In this document: piece by piece, positions 25,701-34,437 of the stretch | Layout of the letters: the number at the start of each line of letters is the position of its first letter | Position numbering within the stretch: the stretch's first letter is position 1 | NCBI GenBank assembly: GCA_964016885.1 | Contig: OZ024752.1 | Span: forward strand, 41,912,001 to 41,976,000 | Length of the DNA: 64,000 nucleotides | Reading direction: 5' to 3' | DNA from: Eledone cirrhosa | Lineage: Eukaryota | Notes under the pieces: generated by a model | Told to the model about the DNA's origin: nothing | Seen by the model: only the letters and a program-made list of their open reading frames with translations | Databases searched by the model: none | Made by a program: the position numbers and the translations under genes

Positions 25701-28700
25701 TTGCTGGGCACACCTTTCACCACTGTAAATACAGACTCCCCCCTCTCTTCTCAACATGGCTGTCTTTAAATAGCCCCAGAACTCTACTATTTTAGGGGAG
25801 AGTAAGATTTAAACTATATGTTGACATGCTCCAAGAGCTAAATAACCTGTGTATCAAATTTGAACAAAATCAGATGGAAACTGTGGAAATGCATTGCCTG
25901 CATACAGACACACAGACATTTTCGTTTTTATATATAGAGATTTCTCTAAATTCTTGATTATCTTCAAAATGATACGAAAAAGTATGGGCATTGTCTTATA
26001 TTTGAAATAATGGTAACAAAAAGAAGCTAATTTAGACTTACTTTTATCTCCTGGATCGTGGCCCCAATACTGAGGAGAAGCAGAATTTTGGTTAGTTTGA
26101 GCTACTTGAGGGGTTCCATATGATGGCATACGAGGTAGAACATTCAACCCTAACATTTGGCTGATCTGAAATAAAAAAGAGGAACATTAGTCAAACATAC
26201 TTAAATATAAATAGCTACCTTTAATGAGTGAAAACAATGTTGGGTGTTGAGTTTTGAATACAAAGGGGTGAGAGAATTCTGGCAGGATATGGCTGGTTTA
26301 AATGCTTAACCCTGTAGCATTTACATTATTCTATGTTTACTATTATATTTGCATTGTAAAGGCTTTATCTTACATAATTTTCTCACATAATATCGAATCT
26401 ATAAGATTTTGATTGAATTTATTTTGAGAATATCTTAATGTAGATATGAGTGGCCAGTTACAGCCGGTTTGTACAGAAAGAGGTGAGAGAATTCTGGCAA
26501 TATATGGCTGGTTTAAATCAACCCTTTAGCATTTACATTACTCTATATTTACCATTGTATTTGCATTGCAAAGGCTTTATCTTACATAATTTTCTCACAT
26601 AATATCGAATCTACAAGATATTGATTGTATTTATTTTGAGAATACCTTAATGTAGATATGAATGGCCAGTTACATCCGGTTTTGAACAGAAAGAGGTGAG
26701 AGAATTCTGGCAATATATGGCTGGTTTAAATGCTTAACTCTTTAGCATTTACATTATTCTATCTATATTTACTATTGTATTTTCATTGTATAGGCTTTAT
26801 CTTATGTAATTATCTCGCATAACATCGAATATACGAAATATTGATGTTATTTATTTTGAGAACAATGCCTTAATGTAGGTATGAGTGACCAGTTATGGCC
26901 GGTTTGAACAGAAGAAAGAAGTGAGAGAGTTCTGACCAGATATGGGGTTAAGTAAAGATTTTACAAAATCTGTTGGTACTTACTTTACTCATACTTGGTC
27001 TTGGTGATACGGATGGTTGAGTATCAATACTGTTTGTAATGTTTTGTAGGGTCTTTCTACAGGTAGACAGTACAGCTGTGGACGGAATTGGACTTGTTAC
27101 GGTACTGCAGGGGGCTGACTGCATAGTGTTCACACCTTCCATGGAACTGGTGAGCTTTGATGCCATCGTCTGTGCAGTGACAGGTCGATTGTTGGGTGTT
27201 GTTGCTCTATGGTGGTTAGCACCAGCTTGTAGACGGCTGTTTACCATTCTGGCCAGAGCCAATTTCGCAGAGGGCGTCCCTGGACGCGTTGTCCCATTAT
27301 TCAATTTGGTTGCCTGACCAGAAGAGTCCCAGGTATTGCTAGTATTTGCAGTAGATGTACCAGCACTTGTGCTAGGGGTAGCAGTAGAAAGTGTACCGGT
27401 AGGGTTCTTGTTGTTAGTGGCAGTGCCAATGTTTTTGGGTACTAAAGACGCCAGCAGTTCCTTCTGGTTTTCCTGACTCAGAATCTGAGCAATGGTTTGG
27501 CGCTGACTGCCTGTCGATTTAATTGTGGCAGGTTCTGTTCGTGTGAGGGCATGAGTGAGAGGAACAGACCCGGATTGCTGCAACAACAGCTGTTGTTGTT
27601 GCTGCTGCTGGTGGTGGTGCTGCTGTTGTTGTTGCATATGCAGCTGTTGCTGCAGACGCTGCAATTGCTGCTGTGGTGTGGATTTCTCTTCGAAGAAATG
27701 CGCAGGCATCGATGGAGTGTGTTGCTGCTGCTGGGGGCCGAGATGGGGCATGGGAGAGTGCAGGGGAGGGGTGACCACGGTCGGTATGGTGTCCGCGTGC
27801 TGCTCGGGGTGGTCGGGAATGACAGGCGGCGGCGGCGGAGGCGGGGGAGGGGGGGGAGGGGGCTCGGGTTTTGGGTAGACTAGAAGTCGAGGGTGGTAGA
27901 TGACCTCATCCTGTTTCACCTGCTTTGACAGGGAATCCGTAATCCAGTCGGGGCTGACAATTTTGATTTTATTTGGATATTTCATTGCTGTCTCGTATTT
28001 CACCTAAAGCAAGAAAAAATAAAAATAAAATAAAATAAAAAATAATTAAACCATTTATGACCACACACACGGGCTTCCATACAATTCCTGTCTACCAAAT
28101 GCCAATTATAAGGTCTTATAATTGACATTTGGTAGACAGGAATTGTGTGGAAGCCTGTCATATGTGTGTGTGTGTGTGTGTGTATGGAGGCACATGGCTT
28201 AGTGGTTACAGCATTGGCCTTGCAATCGAAAGGTTGTGAGTTCAATTCTCAGACCGGGTGATGTGTTGTTTCCTTGAGCAAGACACTTTATTTCACATTG
28301 CTCCAGTTTACTCAGCTGTAGAAATGAGATGATAGGGACTGGGGTCCCTATCATTCCACTGCAAAGTGGTCGTGGAGGTGCCACGGAAAAAAAAAGCACC
28401 CAGCACTCGCTGTAAATGAGGTTGGTGTTAGGAAGGGCATCCAGCTGTAGAAATCAAGCCAGCATCAGTTCCCGTCCCACCCTTGCAAGCAGGGAAAAGC
28501 GAACATAAAATGATGATGATGATGTTATATCATCATTTCATCATCATTTCATTTTACGTCCGCTTTTCCCTGCTTGCAAGGGTGGGACGGGAACTGATGC
28601 TGGCTTGATTTCTACAGCTGGATGCCCTTCCTAACACCAACCTCATTTACAGTGAGTGCTGGGTGCTTTTTTGCCGTGGCACCTCCACGACCACTTTGCA

Positions 28701-31700
28701 GTGGAATGATAAGGACCCCAGTCCCTATCATCTCATTTCTACAGCTGAGTAAACTGGAGCAATGTGAAATAAAGTGTCTTGCTCAAGGAAACAACACATC
28801 ACCCGGTCCGAGAATTGAACTCACAACCTTTCGATTGCAAGGCCAATGCTCTAACCACTAAGCCATGTGCCTCCACATAATAATAATAATAATAATGAAA
28901 TTATTGTGTAAAGTGCTCAGGTGCACTACAACTCGTCAAAGGTGTATGTATAGTACATAGAATAATACACAAATGTCAGGGAAGTGATATATATATAGAG
29001 AGATAGAGAGAGAGAGAAGGATATATATAAAGAGAAACATTTTGTAGTGTTGAACCCTAAACAAATGCTGTACTTACCCCAATGGTAGCTGGTGTTATCA
29101 GATGGGTACAACGATTATCTAACTTCCTCTGAATATAGCCACCATTATATACAACAGCAGGCCAGATCTCCTTCATGTCTTCCTCTCTAACCTGCAACAA
29201 AGACACAATTTCAATATATTATTTCATCCAACAAACCACTTTGTCCATTTCCCAAAAGTGGTTTCGCAGTATCGGTAGAGGGTCGGACGCCATGCTTTCC
29301 AGCACATAGTTACGTCCCTTTACGCACTGAGTTCAAATCCCGCCGACGCTAACTTTGCCTTTCGCCCTCACGGGGTCGATAAAATAAAGTACCACTAATG
29401 TACTGAGTAAATGCTGACCTTGTGCCAAAAAGTAGAAACAATTATTATTATTAGTTGTAGCCTGGGTTTTCCTTAGGACATAACAGAAACACATACACAC
29501 ACACTTTTTTCCAAACACATTGATAGATTTGCACGTAAAATTCCTGCACTTTTAGGTGACAACACTCTCTACCTATCTATTCATCTTTCACACTCTCTCT
29601 CTCTCATTGTATTTCTCTCAATAACAACAAAAACCTATCATTATAGTGAAAGTCATCTTTTTTTTTTTTAAGTCTGTGTTGAAAGACATACACAAACACA
29701 GAAATATATACATACACACACACAAACAAACAAAAAACCCTCCATATTTTCCTTCTAGACCAGTGGTCACTAACCAGTGGTCTGCAAGAAAATTTTGGTG
29801 GCACACAGAAAAATTTTAATGTATTTATCTTTTGGAAAAAATTCATATTAGTGGTGCATGGGATTTTAAATTATGAATTTAGTGGTCCTTGAGGTCCGAA
29901 AGGTTGGCGCCTGCTGCTCTAGATGTTACATTTTAGTTAGTTAGAGAGCGGGGAGGTGGATAATATATAGAAGTATATAAAAGATGAGATTATAAGTCAG
30001 GAAAAAATAATGTTAGTCATGGTCTAAAAATATGTTGTATCTTACCTGTGAAAAGCAGGCAACTATACCAGAGAAGACGAGATCCTCAGGTGCAAACCTG
30101 TCTTTACTGAGAAGAAATAGTCAAGGAATAAATATACATTTCACAGAAATTTATCAATAAAGGATTAAGGATTATCCAACATTGTTGACTTGTATTTGTG
30201 TTGGTGTCCTCACAGGAACGGTTGAGTCAGCTCGAATGAGTGAATCTACAGCATTGCATATAGAAGTTGCCCAACCAAGCATGACAATCGCAGATGTTTG
30301 ATGCAGATATTATCAGCCAGATATATGGTGTACCTCTTCTAAATTGTATATACAAAACCTGAATTCAAATCAAGTACTAAACCAAGAAAGTAATATGTAA
30401 AATGGAAGTATGACTTATACACAATTAAATACATTGTACTGCAAGTTAACTTTACATATTTATTTAACTCTTAACATCCTATATAATAATAATAATAATA
30501 ATATGAAAATTATTGTGTACAGTGCTCAGATGCACTACAACTCATCAAAGGTGCATATAGAGTACATAGAATAATGTACAAATGGTATACACATAGACAC
30601 ATGCATGCGTTTGTATGGAGGGAAGCAGAAAATAACTAAAAACAGATAATAATTCAAATGCTTATGTCTTTACTAGTAGACAGATCATTGTGAAAAAGTG
30701 TAGTGTTAGAGAATAAGATTTTAGCTTTTAATGTGATGTAGTCATAGCATTGTTTCATACTTTTCAAGAATATCTTGCTAATGTGGTTTTATGTAGTACA
30801 GCAGTGGTCTCCAAAGTAGGTTCCACAAAGGAGTGTCTGGGGTTCCATGAAAAAAGGTAGAGGAGTATCTTTATATTACGATCATATAACCTTGGAGCTC
30901 TCCAAAAAGTTCCTGAACCAAATAGGGTTCCGTGTTTGAAAAAGTTTGGGAAACCCTGTAGTACAGAATGTTAATAGTTAAACTAATTAGGGGTTTCTTA
31001 GGATTAATTTTCACAAATGACTAATAAAATATATATATAAAGTTTATAAATGAATTGATATAAAGGATACGCCAACTGCTTCCCTGCTTTCACAGACAGA
31101 AGAACCCAGCTACTCTGTAAAAGAAAACATCAAATTGAATTTAATTTAAAAAATAAACAATGATATCAACAACAACAATTATTAATTAATTAAATTGACA
31201 TGAACAACAAAATCAACAACAATATTTTATATTCAATTGTAGTCATTAATAAACAACTTGATAGTTACAGTTCTGGCCATAATTCTCTCACTTTTTACTG
31301 TTCAAACCAGCCATAACTGGCCATTCATACTGACTTAAAGGTATTGTTCTTAAAATAAATAATATCAAACTCTCATAGATTCGACATTATGTGAGATAAA
31401 GACTTTACCGTGAAAATACAATAGTATATATAGAGTAATGTGAATGCTAAAGGGTTAAAGTTTTTCTCAGGCCTAAAGGGCTCATCAAGCTGGAGCTTAT
31501 CCCAGTTTCATGGGCATTATGTGAGTAAAAGTAGACGACCCCTGTCTAGATAGGATGCTGTCCCTCACAAGGGTAACCCACAGCTGCTTGCTGGTACAGA
31601 TATTTTACAGCTGAGAGGACAGGAGCAATGTGAAATACAATATCTTGTTGAAGGACACAATGTACTGTCCTGTCTAAAAGCCATCACAACCATATGACTC

Positions 31701-33763
31701 TCTAAGCACAACATTCTAACCACTAAGTTGTAATGTTCTCATTTAATCCTATAGATTCTAAACCACACTTGATTCTATCATAGAAAATGTTTATTTTAAA
31801 GTGCTTATATTTATCATAATTTTAAGTTATGTTCCAAACACCATATTTAGCAAGAAAAAGGAGTTATATTACTAAATCCCTCCAAATTCTTGATTATTTT
31901 CAAAATAATTTGAAAATCAATACTGCCTTTCATTAGAAATATAGCAAATAAAGAGTTAATATTGTCTTGATGCCAGAAGCTCATAAGATCAGACTGAAGG
32001 GAAAAGTTGACCTTGGTGGGATTTGAACTCAGAGTGCAGTGAGCTGGAACAAATACAAAAGCACTTTTTATCCAATGCTCAAATGACTGTCACCAAATTT
32101 ACTATCTTTTACTGCAGGTAAGTCAAAGTAAACATAAAAAAAGGAATGGAATAGTATAAACATACAGTGACAACAGGTAATTCAAAGAGTTCCCTTGCTT
32201 CAGAATATTCATCATTATCAACATCATCAGCAATAACATGGCTAACCATCTCACTGAGGTAGGTGTCCTTTTTAGCTCCACCAGCATTTAAAATTCTTTG
32301 GACCTGAAAATAAACATAAAAAAAGATAAATTAAATTACTGTAAATACTTGAATATAATAAACTGAGGACTTTGTGACCAAAACGTTGATATTAAAATGT
32401 GGGCTCAGCTTATATAGTGTACCCCAGGCATTCGCAAAATTTCCCTTAGAACCTACCGTATTTCCCGGTATCAAAAACGCTACTTTTTTTTCCTAAAATA
32501 AGTCTCAAAAATCTACCATGAGTCCTTGGAGACCGAAGGTTGTTTATTATTTTCTTTCAAATTTTTAGTTGTCAAAATTAGGGTGCATCCTCGAGGACGA
32601 AGCGTCTTCGGCGCCGGGAAATACGGTAACTAATAATTGTTCGTGCCATAACTCTATGCTGCGAAACATGATGTCTGACGTTCTACCGATATTGCCAATC
32701 CACCGCCTTTTATGCTAAAATTAATGCCGATGTGTTTCATTTTATGTTTAAAATAATCAAGCTTTTGGTTTTTTTTCAATCTTAAGATGCTTGAAGTAGA
32801 ACTTAACTCTTAATATCCTGTACTACATGAAACCACATTAGCTAGGCATTGTTGAAAATTACAATAGCAATTAGTAGGGTGGCGAGAATATCAGAAGTCT
32901 CCACTGCCACAAACCTATCAGCTCTTCGGCCTGGCAAACAGTGAAGCCTGCGCTGGTAGCCGAATATAATTGACTCCCACAAAATCAGGGGTAAAGCATA
33001 ATAGATTAAATCGATATTTTATACATTAACTAGTGCCACTGACGGTGGAGGGTGAAAAAAGATCAAATTAATGTTGGCAAGATTTGATCGTCAAAAATTA
33101 AGGGAGGTAACTACATAATAAAATAACCAGCCACTATTACCACCACCGATACTTTAGCGATTCTGCTAGTGGCAATCGATAATTCATCATAATATTGATT
33201 TCTAACATTGACACGGGAGGGTGGAATGAGTGAAGGCCCGTGGCCTATTGGTTGTGGTGTTGGACACACGATCATAAGGTCTTGAGTTCGATTTCTGGAG
33301 CGGGCAGTGCGTTGTGTCCCATTTCACACCGATTTCAATGATATGACCGGAACCATTAAACATCCAAGAAACCTCCAATGATATACAACCATATATATAT
33401 ATATAAAGCCCTCAAACCCTACATAAAGAACCATCAGTAAATAAAGAATCACCACAAAACATTTTGTTTGATGCTATAATTACGCTGCCATTCCACAATA
33501 GCAATGTTGGTCTCTTCTCACCACCATAACTTGGTTATTCATTTGGACACGGACAGGCATAACAGTAGCATAGTTATTTCTCAAGAATACTGTATACGCA
33601 CAGACACACACACATATATATATATATATCTTTTCCTGAAGTGTGTATACATTTTATGGGTGGACCGTGTGTGTATATATATTATATATATTTATGTGTG
33701 TGTTCAATTATTCAACAGTCCATTTCTTACATCAAGATATCGCAACATTAGAAATTACGTACG

Positions 33764-33822
<59 letters not shown>

Positions 33823-33969
33823 TGTAATAAACAACATAAGGCAATTATTTCATTTACCAGTGGTTTCTTAAAAGCAAAAAAATTTTGCTTTCAATCATCA
33901 GAATGAAAAAATCCTGGTGTTACTACATAGAGCACTCTTTTTTCCTGGACTTTTCCGACGGAATTACTT

Positions 33970-34004
<35 letters not shown>

Positions 34005-34403
34005 CGGCATTTAAACAAGTTTTTTTTCTTTTTCTGAAGTGTGTATACATTTTTTGGGCGGACTCTGTATGTATGAATATATATATTATATATAGTGTGT
34101 GTGTGTGAAGCATTTTCGTTTTATATCTTTGATACATGATGGAATAAATAAACTAATTTTTTGCAGGTCAAATAACGAAAATATATACATATATATACAC
34201 AAATATATATACTTATTTATAGTTTTATATTTTTACACATATATGTAATAAATTGGTTTGAAATTAAATTAAAAAAACAACTGTTTTTATCCTTTTTAAT
34301 GTATAAAAACCTTAAAATAATACTATTAATATAGCCCGTTTTTTTTAATATGCGTGGTCTTCATTAAACAACAAAATCTACAAGATACATTACACATACA
34401 AAC

Positions 34404-34437
<34 letters not shown>

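Noticed and set aside
27039-27883. Cys/Gly- and Leu-rich plus-strand ORFs
   Set aside because: Antisense frames of PAXIP1 exon 6 CAG/CCN repeats.
28186-28260. tRNA gene
   Set aside because: The tRNA-like head continues into SINE body and tail in many copies.
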